Source: Candidatus Eiseniibacteriota bacterium
Lineage (GTDB): Bacteria > Joyebacterota > Joyebacteria > Joyebacterales > Joyebacteraceae
Direction: 5' to 3'
Assembly (NCBI GenBank): GCA_043815815.1
Contig: JBDRIO010000032.1
Location: 1,350-65,349, forward strand
Length of the DNA stretch: 64,000 bases
Shown: piece by piece, positions 1 through 12,319 of the stretch
Layout of the letters: the number at the start of each line of letters is the position of its first letter
Position numbering within the stretch: the stretch's first letter is position 1
The notes under the pieces: model-generated
Database searches by the model: none
Seen by the model: the letters and a program-made list of their open reading frames with translations, nothing else
What the model was told of the DNA's origin: nothing
Position numbers and translations under genes: made by a program

Positions 1-206
1 GCAAGGAACTCCGTGAGCACGTTGGCGTCGAGATCGGCAAGATCGCGCGTCCGGACGAGATCTGGTTCGTCCACGACGTCCCGAAGACCCGTTCGGGCAA
101 GATCATGCGTCGGGTCATTCGCGCCAAGGCGATAGGCGAGGAGGTCGGCGACACGTCGACGCTCGCCAACCCCGAGGCGGTAGAGGAGATCGGGAAGGCC
201 CACTAG
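1..206 (+). CDS. acs: acetyl-CoA synthetase / AMP-forming acyl-CoA ligase, C-terminal fragment (5-prime end outside window)
   Basis: Frame 3 reads [78 protein letters not shown] is the conserved C-terminal motif of adenylate-forming Acs enzymes. Stop TAG at 204-206. Confidence 0.8.
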   Translation, partial: KELREHVGVEIGKIARPDEIWFVHDVPKTRSGKIMRRVIRAKAIGEEVGDTSTLANPEAVEEIGKAH

Positions 207-368
207 GGCCTGTTGGAGTAGGGGGGCGGCCCGTGAAGGGCTGCCCCCCATCGTTCCTGGCTCGTGAGGCGCGGCGGAGGAGTCTGGGGCCTCTCGTCGT
301 CTCATCCAGGCGGGCGCCGGGGGCATGCGGAACGCGCGGTCCTCGAGCCAATAAGCCAAGGAGATGTC

Positions 369-1598
369 ATGGCAGAAGAGAAGACTTTCAATCGATGGCT
401 GATTGTGGTCGGCGCCATTCTGATCCAGCTCTGCCTCGGGGGAATCTACATCTGGAGCGTATTCCGCAAGCCGCTCGAAGAGGCGGTCGCCGACGGCGGA
501 CTGGGCCTGAGCGCCAGCCAGGCCACGCTGCCGTTCTCGCTCGTCCTCATCTTCTTCGCCCTCGCCACGGTCGTCGGCGGAAGGTGGCAGGACAAGGCCG
601 GCCCGAGACTGGTCGCGAGCGTCGGCGGGATCCTGCTGGGCGCGGGCATGCTCATCTCCGCGTTCGGGAAGTCGTTCCCGGCTCTCGCGATAGGCTACGG
701 TGTCATCGGCGGCATCGGCATCGGCTTCACGTACGTCTGCCCGGTGGCCACCGGAATCAAGTGGTTCCCGGACAAGAGGGGGCTCATCACGGGACTGTCG
801 GTGGCCGGCTTCGGCGCGGGCGCTCTCATCCTCGCCCCTGTCGCACGTAGTCTCATCGACAGCATGGGCATCTTCAGCACGCTGTCGACGCTCGGGATCA
901 TCTTCCTGGTCGTCGTGGTGGGCGCCTCGATGCTTCTCAGGAACCCGCCCCCGGGCTACTCCCCGGCGGGGTGGACGCCCCCGGCGAAGTCGCAGGCCAC
1001 GAAGGAATCTTTCTCGACGGGACAGATGCTCCGGACGCCCCAGTTCTACTCGATCTGGGTCATGTACTTCTTCGGATGCCTGGCGGGTCTCATGATCATA
1101 GGCCAGACGTCTCCCATCGGACAGGAGATCGCGGGTTACTCCGCGGCCACGGCGGCGCTCGCTGTTATGCTCCTCTCGATCTTCAACGGCGCGGGCCGCA
1201 TCTTCTGGGGCAAGATCTCCGACGGGCTGGGCAGGATGAAGACGCTGTCCGTGATGTTCGTGCTCTGCGGCGTGGCGATGCTCCTCTACAACATCATCGG
1301 CGCGTTCCCGCCCTACTACTGGGTCGGTGTGGCGATCGTCGGCGCCTGCTTCGGCGGGTACCTGGCGCTCTTCCCGGCGGTCACGGCGGACTTCTTCGGT
1401 ACGAAGAACATCGGCGCCAACTACGGTTTCGTCTTCATGGCCTACGGAGTGGGCGGGCTGCTCGGCCCGATGTTCGCCGCGAAGGTCAAGGAGGCGACGA
1501 ACGGCTACTGGCTCGCGTTTGTCGTGACGGGCGTGCTCTGCCTGATCGCGGCTGGCATAACCTTCGCGACGAAGTCGCCGAAGAAGCTCCCTGCCTGA
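369..1598 (+). CDS. MFS transporter, oxalate/formate antiporter (OFA) family
   Basis: Within ORF 264-1598. ATG at 369 is preceded by AAGGAG (357-362). MAEEKTFNRWLIVVGAILIQLCLGGIYIWSVF... with a multi-TM hydrophobic profile typical of OFA-type MFS proteins. Confidence 0.8.
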   Translation: MAEEKTFNRWLIVVGAILIQLCLGGIYIWSVFRKPLEEAVADGGLGLSASQATLPFSLVLIFFALATVVGGRWQDKAGPRLVASVGGILLGAGMLISAFGKSFPALAIGYGVIGGIGIGFTYVCPVATGIKWFPDKRGLITGLSVAGFGAGALILAPVARSLIDSMGIFSTLSTLGIIFLVVVVGASMLLRNPPPGYSPAGWTPPAKSQATKESFSTGQMLRTPQFYSIWVMYFFGCLAGLMIIGQTSPIGQEIAGYSAATAALAVMLLSIFNGAGRIFWGKISDGLGRMKTLSVMFVLCGVAMLLYNIIGAFPPYYWVGVAIVGACFGGYLALFPAVTADFFGTKNIGANYGFVFMAYGVGGLLGPMFAAKVKEATNGYWLAFVVTGVLCLIAAGITFATKSPKKLPA

Positions 1599-1660
1599 GC
1601 GTAGGGGGAGCGCGTGCCGGCGGCCCAGGGGGCCCGGCCTGCGTGACAGACGACCACGGG

Positions 1661-1696
1661 GGAGCCGGGTGGTGCGGTCCGCCCGGCTCCTTTCTT
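1661..1696 (+). terminator. putative intrinsic terminator after the MFS gene
   Basis: GGAGCCGGG (1661-1669) pairs with CCCGGCTCC (1682-1690), followed by TTTCTT. Confidence 0.5.
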
Positions 1697-1739
1697 ACCC
1701 CGGGAACGGGTAGCGTTCGCAGGGAACGTCACTTACCGC

Positions 1740-1767
1740 TTGACAGACCGCTCTGAACGCGTATAAT
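1740..1767 (+). promoter_or_regulatory. sigma-70 type promoter for rplU-rpmA
   Basis: TTGACA (1740-1745), 16-nt spacer, TATAAT (1762-1767). Lies 66 nt upstream of the rplU start. Confidence 0.6.
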
Positions 1768-1833
1768 CTTCAGGTTTGAGGCAAAGATAGCGGGCCCACG
1801 TGTGGGTTCGGGTGACATGATCGGGAGGTCGTT

Positions 1834-2145
1834 TTGAGTTACGCCATCATCAGGAGCGGCGGTCTTCAGTACCGCGTCTCGGAGGGCGACACGGTCCGGG
1901 TGCCGAAGATCACAGGCGACGTCGGTCAGAAGCTCACGATCGACGAGGTCCTGGCCGTGAGCAACGACGGGAAGCTGACTGTCGGTACGCCGCTCGTTGA
2001 CGGCGCGACCGTCGCGGCGGAACTCGTCGGTCACGGGCGGGGCAAGAAGATCGTCGTGTTCAAGAAGAAGAGGCGCAAGGGCTACATGGTGAAGAAGGGG
2101 CATCGTCAGGACTACACCGAGCTCCGGATCACCGGCATCAGCTAG
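1834..2145 (+). CDS. rplU: 50S ribosomal protein L21 (bL21)
   Basis: [26 protein letters not shown]...[29 protein letters not shown], the canonical L21 sequence. TTG start, GGGAGG upstream. Confidence 0.92.
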   Translation: MSYAIIRSGGLQYRVSEGDTVRVPKITGDVGQKLTIDEVLAVSNDGKLTVGTPLVDGATVAAELVGHGRGKKIVVFKKKRRKGYMVKKGHRQDYTELRITGIS

Positions 2146-2177
2146 GGCGCCTGCACGCGAACGGAAGGCGGTACAAC

Positions 2178-2426
2178 GTGGCACACAAGAAGGGCGTAGG
2201 CAGCTCCAGGAACGGACGCGACTCGAACTCCCAGCGCCTCGGCGTGAAGCGTTTCGGCGGTCAGTTCGTTAGGGCCGGGACGATCATCCTGCGGCAACGC
2301 GGAACGAGGATCTATCCTGGAGAGAACGTAGGCAAGGGCGGTGACGATACGCTCTTCGCCAAGAAGGACGGACACGTCAAGTTCGAGCGCTGGGGGCGGA
2401 CGAGGAAGCGCGTCAGCGTGGCGTAG
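2178..2426 (+). CDS. rpmA: 50S ribosomal protein L27 (bL27)
   Basis: [52 protein letters not shown], the invariant L27 N-terminus. Confidence 0.95.
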   Translation: MAHKKGVGSSRNGRDSNSQRLGVKRFGGQFVRAGTIILRQRGTRIYPGENVGKGGDDTLFAKKDGHVKFERWGRTRKRVSVA

Positions 2427-2534
2427 CGCGCGAAGGGCGGACGTCCAGGTGACACGAGAGAGTGTGGATCGGGAGCAGGGAGAGCGTGAGGGCGGCGAGG
2501 AGGCTCCCCGACCACCAGAGGTTCCGACTGATTC

Positions 2535-2590
2535 GAGAGAGGGGTGACAGGGCGCGGCCGACGCCGCCCGCTGGCGCCCCTCTCTCTTTG
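2535..2590 (+). terminator. possible terminator hairpin after rpmA
   Basis: GAGAGAGGGG (2535-2544) pairs with CCCCTCTCTC (2577-2586), followed by TTTG. The loop is long and GC-rich, so this is uncertain. Confidence 0.4.
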
Positions 2591-2649
2591 AGCGCGACGA
2601 TTCGCGGACGAGCGATCGGGAGCCACTGGCTCAAGGAGGTTCCGACAGC

Positions 2650-3303
2650 ATGAAAATCACGTGGCTCGGGCACGCGTCCTTCCTGGTGGAATCGAGTGAC
2701 GGGACCAGGATCGTCACCGACCCGTACGAGGCCGGGTCCTACGACGGCGCCGTCGGCTACGCGCCGATAAGCGAGCGCGCCGACATCGTCACGGTCAGTC
2801 ACGACCACGCGGACCACAACGCGGTCGACGTCCTCTCGGGTAATCCTGAGGTGGTGCGGGGGACGGACGAGCACAGCGTGAAGGGCGTCTCGATCCGCGG
2901 CGTCGACACGTTCCACGACGAGAGCAAGGGGCAGGACAGAGGCAGGAACACGATCTTCGTGATGAGCGTGGACGGGATGACGATCGGGCATCTGGGCGAC
3001 CTGGGGCACGTTCTGTCGGAGGAGGAAGTGACCGCGCTGGGGCACGTCGACGTGCTTCTGGCGCCGGTCGGTGGCTACTACACGATAGGCCCGGAGCAGG
3101 CCAAGGCCGTGGCCGAGAGCGTGGGCGCCAAGGTCATCATCCCGATGCACTTCAAGACCGACGCGCTGGGCTTCCCGATCCAGCCCGTCGACGATTTCCT
3201 GAAACTCATGGACAACGTCGAGCGGACCGGGGGCAGGACCGTCGAGATAGCGAGTGGCGACCTGGGTGACTCTCCAAGGGTGATCGTCCTGAACTACGAG
3301 TAG
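2650..3303 (+). CDS. metal-dependent hydrolase, MBL fold (UPF0173-like)
   Basis: MKITWLGHASFLVESSDGTRIVTDPY...VSHDHADHN...IIPMHF, the beta-lactamase-fold His/Asp motif pattern. AAGGAGG lies upstream. Confidence 0.75.
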   Translation: MKITWLGHASFLVESSDGTRIVTDPYEAGSYDGAVGYAPISERADIVTVSHDHADHNAVDVLSGNPEVVRGTDEHSVKGVSIRGVDTFHDESKGQDRGRNTIFVMSVDGMTIGHLGDLGHVLSEEEVTALGHVDVLLAPVGGYYTIGPEQAKAVAESVGAKVIIPMHFKTDALGFPIQPVDDFLKLMDNVERTGGRTVEIASGDLGDSPRVIVLNYE

Positions 3304-3315
3304 GGGAGCCGTCAG

Positions 3316-6591
<3,276 letters not shown>

Positions 6592-6595
6592 CCGC

Positions 6596-7129
6596 TTGCT
6601 GGAGCTGACCTCCGACCAGGCCTCGAAGATCCGCGTGCTCGTCCTGGACGTCGACGGCGTTCTGACCGACGCCAGGATCGTGCTCGGCGCCTCGGGGGAG
6701 GAGATCATGGCGTTTTCCGCCCGCGACGGCATCGGCATCAAGTTCGCTCAGTTCGCTGGGATCGACGTCGTCTTCCTCTCGGCGCGGTCGCCGGCCATCG
6801 TTGAGATGCGGGCCCGCATGCTCGGCGTCGGCGACGTGAGGCTCGGGCACGAGCGGAAGCTGCCCGTCGTCAGGGAGATCGCGGAGAGCCGCGGCCTCGA
6901 CCTCTCGGAGGTCGCTTACGTGGGTGACGACCTGGTCGACCTCGAGCCGGTGGCCGCAGTAGGGCTCGGCGTCGCGGTGGCAGACGCGTGCCGCGACCTC
7001 AAGGAGTGTGCGCCCTTCGTGACGGAGTCTGCCGGGGGGGCGGGGGCCGTCAGGGAGGTCGTGGAGGCGATCCTCCGCGCGAGAGGCGTGTGGGAGGACA
7101 CGGTGCGAGGTTACTTCGCTGATGCGTGA
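6596..7129 (+). CDS. kdsC: Kdo 8-phosphate phosphatase (HAD-IIIA)
   Basis: VLVLDVDGVLTDARIVLGASGEEIMAFSARDGIGIKF...AYVGDDLVDLEP. HAD motifs in the KdsC arrangement, within the kds gene context. Confidence 0.8.
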   Translation: MLELTSDQASKIRVLVLDVDGVLTDARIVLGASGEEIMAFSARDGIGIKFAQFAGIDVVFLSARSPAIVEMRARMLGVGDVRLGHERKLPVVREIAESRGLDLSEVAYVGDDLVDLEPVAAVGLGVAVADACRDLKECAPFVTESAGGAGAVREVVEAILRARGVWEDTVRGYFADA

Positions 7130-8117
7130 CCGAGCGAGAACTGGAGACGAGGCGCTGGTCCGGGCGGCGCGCGAGGTGCTCGAGATCGAGGCGGCTGCCG
7201 TCGGGCAGCTCGTCGACCGCATAGACGCGTCGTTCGCGGACGCGGTGCGGGCCGTCGTGGCCTCGACGGGCACGGTGGTCGTCCTGGGCGTGGGCAAGTC
7301 GGGTATCGTGGCGCGCAAGATCGCGGCGACGCTCTCGAGCACGGGAACGCGCGCGGTCTTCCTCCACCCGGCGGACGGGGCGCACGGCGACATAGGGGTG
7401 GTGGCGCGCGGGGACGTGGCGGTGGCGGTCTCGAAGAGCGGGGAGGGTGACGAGATGCTCGCCATCCTGCCGCTCCTCAAGGACCTCGACGTCACGGTGA
7501 TAGCCATCACGGGGGGGACGTCGTCCTCGCTCGCTTCGCGGGCGGACATCGTCCTTGACGCGCACGTCGAGCGGGAGGCGTGCCCGATGGACCTCGTGCC
7601 CACCGCGAGCACGACCGCCGCCCTGGCGCTCGGAGACGCTCTTGCGGTCGTCGTTCTCGGGGAAAAGAAGGTCGGCCGGGAGGATCTGGCCGCCTATCAT
7701 CCCGGCGGTCTCCTCGGCAGACAGCTGAGCCTCCGCGTCCGCGACGTCATGCACAGGGGCCCCGACCTTCCGATCGTGAGTGAGGAGGTGTCGATGCGCG
7801 AGGCCATCGTCGAGATCGCGAACAAGCGCCTCGGACTCACGACGGTGGTCGACGAGAGCGGCGCCCTCCTGGGCGTCCTCACCGACGGCGATCTCAAGCG
7901 CATCCTCGTCAACACGCCGGACGCGCTGGAGGCGCGGACGGGAGACGTCATGACGAGGGCCCCCCGCAGGGTCGGGGGGGACGAGCTCGTCTCCCGCGCG
8001 CTCGAGCTCATGGAGTCGAACGAGCCTTCTCCGATCACGTCGCTCGTCATCGTGGACGAGTCCGGCAGGCCCGAGGGCGTCATACACATCCACGATTGCC
8101 TCAGGACCATCAAGTAG
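7122..8117 (+). CDS. kdsD: arabinose-5-phosphate isomerase (SIS + tandem CBS)
   Basis: VVVLGVGKSGIVARKIAATLSSTGTRAVFLHPADGAHGDIG (SIS domain), followed by two CBS-like repeats. ATG overlaps the kdsC stop. Confidence 0.85.
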   Translation: MRDRARTGDEALVRAAREVLEIEAAAVGQLVDRIDASFADAVRAVVASTGTVVVLGVGKSGIVARKIAATLSSTGTRAVFLHPADGAHGDIGVVARGDVAVAVSKSGEGDEMLAILPLLKDLDVTVIAITGGTSSSLASRADIVLDAHVEREACPMDLVPTASTTAALALGDALAVVVLGEKKVGREDLAAYHPGGLLGRQLSLRVRDVMHRGPDLPIVSEEVSMREAIVEIANKRLGLTTVVDESGALLGVLTDGDLKRILVNTPDALEARTGDVMTRAPRRVGGDELVSRALELMESNEPSPITSLVIVDESGRPEGVIHIHDCLRTIK

Positions 8118-8159
8118 CCATCTCACCCGCACGGCGCCCCACCGCCTGAAGACGATAGC

Positions 8160-8188
8160 TTGAGGGCCGACCGGATGTCGGGTATATT
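8160..8188 (+). promoter_or_regulatory. candidate sigma-70 promoter upstream of lptC
   Basis: TTGAGG (8160-8165), 17-nt spacer, TATATT (8183-8188). Confidence 0.4.
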
Positions 8189-8246
8189 GGTGCCCTGTCG
8201 GCCGGTTGGATCGGTCGCCCGTCCCGCCCGCGGCACCGTATCCAGC

Positions 8247-8262
8247 GGGCACGACTTGTGCT
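8247..8262 (+). promoter_or_regulatory. candidate sigma-54 (-24/-12) promoter upstream of lptC-lptB-rpoN
   Basis: gGGCACGacttgTGCT. GGCACG at 8248-8253 and TGC at 8259-8261 have the canonical GG-N10-GC spacing. Lies 26 nt upstream of the lptC start. Confidence 0.35.
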
Positions 8263-8287
8263 ACCGTCTGAGAGGATTGGATAGGGG

Positions 8288-8845
8288 ATGGCTCGCTCCC
8301 GCATGAAAGCGCTTCTACTACTCGCCTTCCTGGCCCTCGCGGGTTGCCGGAGCGGCGAGCCTTCGGAACGGGGGGAGGACGGTTCCGTTCTTCCCGATCA
8401 GGAGATCGACGGGTTCACCCTGACCCAGACGCGCGAGGGGCACAAGGTCTGGGTCTTAAGGGCCGACCGCGCCCTCGTGTTCGAGGACGCCGGCCGCGTC
8501 GAGATGACCACGTTCAGAGTAGACTTCTTCAAAGAGTCCGGCGACGTCAGGTCGACCCTGACGGCGCGGAACGGGCTTCTCCTCCGCCGCACGAACGACA
8601 TGGAGGCGTTCGGCAACGTTCTGCTCTACGCCGAGGACGGCACCAGACTGACGACCGAGCGACTGACCTGGGACGAACGGACGGGGAAGATCGAGTCGGA
8701 CCGCTTCGTCAGGGTAGTTCAGGGAAGAGACGAATTCACCGGAGTCGGGCTCGAGGCCGACCCCGACCTCAACAACATCAGGGTCTTGAGCGAGTTCAAG
8801 GCCTACGTGCGAACCGAGGACGGAGAGCTGGTTGAAGAAGACTGA
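8288..8845 (+). CDS. lptC: LPS export protein LptC-like (lipoprotein-anchored)
   Basis: Lipobox LAFLALAGC. The beta-jellyroll-like repeat pattern (FTLTQTREGHKVWVLRADRALVFED...VEMTTFRVDFF...) and the position directly upstream of lptB fit LptC. Confidence 0.6.
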   Translation: MARSRMKALLLLAFLALAGCRSGEPSERGEDGSVLPDQEIDGFTLTQTREGHKVWVLRADRALVFEDAGRVEMTTFRVDFFKESGDVRSTLTARNGLLLRRTNDMEAFGNVLLYAEDGTRLTTERLTWDERTGKIESDRFVRVVQGRDEFTGVGLEADPDLNNIRVLSEFKAYVRTEDGELVEED

Positions 8846-9599
8846 CGTCGGGGACGCGGCCGGATCAGGTGGGGCGCCTCGCGCCCTCAGGGCGGAGGGA
8901 CTCGTCAAGCGCTACGGTCGACGCGCCGTGGTGAACCACGTGAACGTCGAGCTCAAGCGCGGCGAGGTCGTCGGCCTGCTCGGTCCGAACGGAGCCGGGA
9001 AGACGACGACGTTCTACATGATCGTTGGGTTGCTTGCTCCGGATGAAGGCTCGGTCTATCTTGACGACGGAGACGTGACCCGATTCCCGATGTACCGCAG
9101 GGCGAGGATGGGCGTCGGCTATCTGTCCCAGGAAGCCTCGATCTTCCGGGGTCTGACGGTCGGCCAGAACGTGATGGCCATCCTCGAGACGCTCGGACTC
9201 TCGGCTTCGGAGCGCGAGGAGCGCCTTCACGAACTCCTGGGAGAGCTGGGGATCGAGGAGCTCAAGGACCGCCGCGCGGACACGTTGTCGGGAGGAGAGA
9301 GGCGAAGGGTCGAGATCACGAGGGCCCTCGTCAGGAGCCCGGCGTTCCTTCTTCTCGATGAGCCGTTCGTCGGCATCGATCCGATCGTCGTGCAGGACAT
9401 CCAGGCCATCATCAAGCGTCTTCGCGACAGGGGAATAGGCATTCTGATCACGGACCACAATGTGCGTGAGACGTTGTCGGTCACGGACCGAGCGTATATC
9501 ATGTACGAGGGCGAGATCCTCCTGGCGGGCGTCGCGCACGAGCTGGCGACGAACGACGAGGCGAAGAAGCTCTACCTTGGAGAGCGCTTCCAGCTCTGA
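8832..9599 (+). CDS. lptB: LPS export ABC transporter ATP-binding protein
   Basis: GLLGPNGAGKTTTFYMIVGL (Walker A), LSGGERRRVEITRAL (signature), FLLLDEPFVGIDP (Walker B). This is the LptB pattern, and it sits upstream of rpoN as in many diderms. Confidence 0.9.
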   Translation: MKKTDVGDAAGSGGAPRALRAEGLVKRYGRRAVVNHVNVELKRGEVVGLLGPNGAGKTTTFYMIVGLLAPDEGSVYLDDGDVTRFPMYRRARMGVGYLSQEASIFRGLTVGQNVMAILETLGLSASEREERLHELLGELGIEELKDRRADTLSGGERRRVEITRALVRSPAFLLLDEPFVGIDPIVVQDIQAIIKRLRDRGIGILITDHNVRETLSVTDRAYIMYEGEILLAGVAHELATNDEAKKLYLGERFQL

Positions 9600-9683
9600 G
9601 GCCTTTGCCGGTCCCGTCGGCCGGCCGAAGATACACCACCCCTGGCGCCCGTCGGCGTCCAGCTGAGAGATGGGAAGCGATCA

Positions 9684-11153
9684 ATGGAGCTCAAGCAGCA
9701 CATGGGGCTTCACCAGCAGCTGGTGATGACGCCCCGCCTCCAGATGGCCCTGAAGATACTCCAGGTGTCCACCATGGAGCTGGAGCAGTTTCTCAAGCAG
9801 GAGCTGCTTCAGAATCCCCTGCTCGAGCGCCTCGACGACGACGAGGAGCCGGAGACCGAATCCGCCGAGTCGGAGAGCGAGAGCGGAGACTCGTCCGAGG
9901 CCTCTCAGAACGAAGAGCGTCCGGCCGAGACGCCGCCCGAGACCGAGGCGGAGAAGACCGAGAAGGAAGACGTCAAGGAGGAGGCCGACCTCGACTGGGA
10001 CGACTACCTGGACGACATGTACGCTCACGCCTACGGTCAGAATCTCGAGCGCGACGAGGACGACCGGTTCGAGCGTGTTCCGGTGGCAGTCGTCACGTTC
10101 GAGGACGGTCTCAAGAGCCAGCTGCACATGGAGTGCTCGGACGACGTCCTCGTGGGCATCGCCGAGTACATCATCGACGAGCTGGACGGAGACGGCTTCG
10201 TGCAGGGCACCCTGGCCGAGATCGCTCAGACGCTGCGGGTCTCTCTGGACGAGGTGGAGCGCGCGCTGGCCATCGTCCAGTCGCTCGACCCTCCCGGCAT
10301 CGGCGCGAGGAGCCTCGAGGAGAGCCTCATTCTTCAACTCGAGCGGAAGGGTTCCGGAGACAGCCTGGCGGTCCGTGTCGTCAAGGAGTGCTTCACGGAA
10401 CTCAAGACGTGCAAGTACGACCAGATCCGCAGGCGCCTCGGAGTGACCACCGAGGACCTCCGCGCCGCGATCAACGAGATATCCAAGCTGGACCCGAGAC
10501 CTCGAACCGACCCGGTCGTGGGGGACGTCGCCTACATCACGCCCGACCTCATCATCGAGGAGGTCGATAAGGAGTACGTCGTATACCTCAACGACCAGGA
10601 CGTCCCTCGCGTGCGGATCAGCCCGACGTATCGACGAATGCTCGGGGGCGATGCCGGGAGCGAGGAGCGCGAGTTCATATCCAAGAAGCTCAAGGCCGCC
10701 AGGTGGATCGTCCAGAGCATCGAGAACCGACGCCGGACCATGGTGAGAGTGACCGAGAGTATCCTCCGCGCGCAGAGCGGCTTCTTCGAGAAGGGCGTCT
10801 CCGCGCTCAGGCCTTTGACGCTCCAGCAGATCGCCGACGACGTGGGCATGCACGAGTCGACCGTCAGCAGAGTGACCCGGGGGAAGTACGTCCAGACGCC
10901 CCGCGGGACGTTCGAACTCAAGTACTTCTTCTCGAGCGGGATCAAGACGCGCGACGGCGACGAGGTGGCCTCGAAGGCCGTGCGCGATTCGATGCGCGAC
11001 ATCATCAGCAAAGAGGACAAGCGTAAGCCGCTCTCCGACCAGAAGATCGCGGAAGAGCTCAAGAGGCTGGGATTCACGATCTCAAGGCGGGCGGTCGCCA
11101 AGTACAGGGACCAGATGCGGATCCTGCGCGCCGGCCTGCGCAAGGAGATCTGA
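9684..11153 (+). CDS. rpoN: RNA polymerase sigma-54 factor
   Basis: MELKQHMGLHQQLVMTPRLQMALKILQVSTMELEQFLKQELLQNPLLE (region I), an acidic region II, and the C-terminal RpoN box ISRRAVAKYRDQMRI. Confidence 0.96.
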   Translation: MELKQHMGLHQQLVMTPRLQMALKILQVSTMELEQFLKQELLQNPLLERLDDDEEPETESAESESESGDSSEASQNEERPAETPPETEAEKTEKEDVKEEADLDWDDYLDDMYAHAYGQNLERDEDDRFERVPVAVVTFEDGLKSQLHMECSDDVLVGIAEYIIDELDGDGFVQGTLAEIAQTLRVSLDEVERALAIVQSLDPPGIGARSLEESLILQLERKGSGDSLAVRVVKECFTELKTCKYDQIRRRLGVTTEDLRAAINEISKLDPRPRTDPVVGDVAYITPDLIIEEVDKEYVVYLNDQDVPRVRISPTYRRMLGGDAGSEEREFISKKLKAARWIVQSIENRRRTMVRVTESILRAQSGFFEKGVSALRPLTLQQIADDVGMHESTVSRVTRGKYVQTPRGTFELKYFFSSGIKTRDGDEVASKAVRDSMRDIISKEDKRKPLSDQKIAEELKRLGFTISRRAVAKYRDQMRILRAGLRKEI

Positions 11154-11175
11154 CCCGCCTGTCCGGACTACCGAC

Positions 11176-11421
11176 TTGCACAAGGACATCACGTTCGTCC
11201 CGACAGACACCGACGCGGCGGAGTTCATCGTTTCCTACTGGAAGGTGGACCCGTCCTCGCGCGTGTCCGCGGGCGACGAGCTTCTTGTCGTCGAGTCTGT
11301 CGAGGAGAAGACGGCCTTCGCGGTCGCGTCGCCGTTCTCCGGAGTGCTCGCAGAGGTCCTGGTCGGCGAGGGCGCGACCCTCAAGCCCGGCGACGTTGTC
11401 GGAAGGATCGACGTCGAGTGA
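11176..11421 (+). CDS. stand-alone lipoyl/GcvH-like attachment domain protein (81 aa)
   Basis: GDELLVVESVEEKTAFAVASPFSGVLAEVLVGEGATLKPGDVVGRIDVE. The K-to-SP (+7/+8) and K-to-G (+11) spacing matches lipoyl and H-protein domains. TTG start; the stop overlaps the lipA start. Confidence 0.55.
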   Translation: MHKDITFVPTDTDAAEFIVSYWKVDPSSRVSAGDELLVVESVEEKTAFAVASPFSGVLAEVLVGEGATLKPGDVVGRIDVE

Positions 11422-12299
11422 TGGACGACCCGAGGCTCCCACCCTGGCTCGTCAAGCCGCTCTCGGACCCTGAGGAGACGCGCGGCGTCCGGAGAGCGCT
11501 CAAGACGCACGGACTCAGCACGGTGTGCGACGAAGCGCGCTGCCCGAACCGGGTCGAGTGCTTCGCGAGGGGCACCGCGACGTTCATGATCCTGGGCGAC
11601 CTGTGCACCAGGGACTGCGGATTCTGCGCCGTCGGGCACGGCGCGCCCGTTGCCCCCGACAGGGGAGAGCCCGCGAGAGTCGCCGCGGCCGCGCGGGAGC
11701 TCGGCCTCGGCTTCGTCGTGCTGACGTCCGTGACGAGGGACGACCTGCCTGACGGAGGGGCGGACCACTTCGCGCGAACCGTGCGGGCCTTGAGAGAGGC
11801 GCTGCCGGAGGCCGGGATAGAGGTTCTCGTGCCGGACTTCGCGGGAGACGCGGGCGCGCTCGACGCGGTCATGGCGAGCGGCCCCGACGTCCTCGGCCAC
11901 AACGTCGAGACGGTGGAGCGGCTCTACGACATCGTCAGGAGAGGAGCGGGCTACGCCCGTTCTCTCGGCGTCCTTGAGAGGGCGGCCGCGTCCGGAGGCG
12001 TCGCCCACGTCAAGTCCGCGCTCATGCTGGGTCTCGGCGAGGAGCGTCGTGAGGTGGAGTCGACGCTGCGCGACGTGCGAGCGACCGGGGCGGACATCGC
12101 CTACCTCGGGCAGTATCTGCGGCCGTCCGCGCGGCACGCGCCCGTGGAGCGCTTCGTCCCGCCCGGGGAGTTCGAGGAACTCAAGGCCTACGCGCTCTCA
12201 CTCGGGTTCGGCTGGGTGTCGTCGGGCCCGTTCGTTAGAAGCTCTTACCACGCGGAGTCGGCGGTCGCCGCCGCCGGGTCCGCCGGCGCGAACATCTGA
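11418..12299 (+). CDS. lipA: lipoyl synthase
   Basis: CDEARCPNRVECF (auxiliary cluster) and CTRDCGFCAV (radical-SAM CxxxCxxC), with a C-terminal RSSYHA motif. Confidence 0.92.
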   Translation: MMDDPRLPPWLVKPLSDPEETRGVRRALKTHGLSTVCDEARCPNRVECFARGTATFMILGDLCTRDCGFCAVGHGAPVAPDRGEPARVAAAARELGLGFVVLTSVTRDDLPDGGADHFARTVRALREALPEAGIEVLVPDFAGDAGALDAVMASGPDVLGHNVETVERLYDIVRRGAGYARSLGVLERAAASGGVAHVKSALMLGLGEERREVESTLRDVRATGADIAYLGQYLRPSARHAPVERFVPPGEFEELKAYALSLGFGWVSSGPFVRSSYHAESAVAAAGSAGANI

Positions 12300-12319
12300 A
12301 CGAACCGGAAGGAGTCCGC

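Noticed and set aside
2427-2534. A purine-rich stretch (GGGAGCAGGGAGAGCGTGAGGGCGGCGAGGAGG) after rpmA, considered as a possible small RNA or leader.
   Set aside because: I could find no convincing secondary structure, promoter or known motif. It is most simply the 3-prime UTR preceding the hairpin at 2535-2590.
9605-10570. A 321-aa alternative-frame ORF overlapping rpoN. Similar overlapping plus-strand ORFs occur at 233-850, 971-1756, 5838-6608, 13165-13806, 17797-18534, 31347-33194, 42387-42845 and 48142-49686.
   Set aside because: These are out-of-frame or upstream extensions of confidently called genes, Arg/Gly/Pro-rich, with no motifs. Where the track ORF extended upstream of a conserved N-terminus, I trimmed to the internal start with an RBS.
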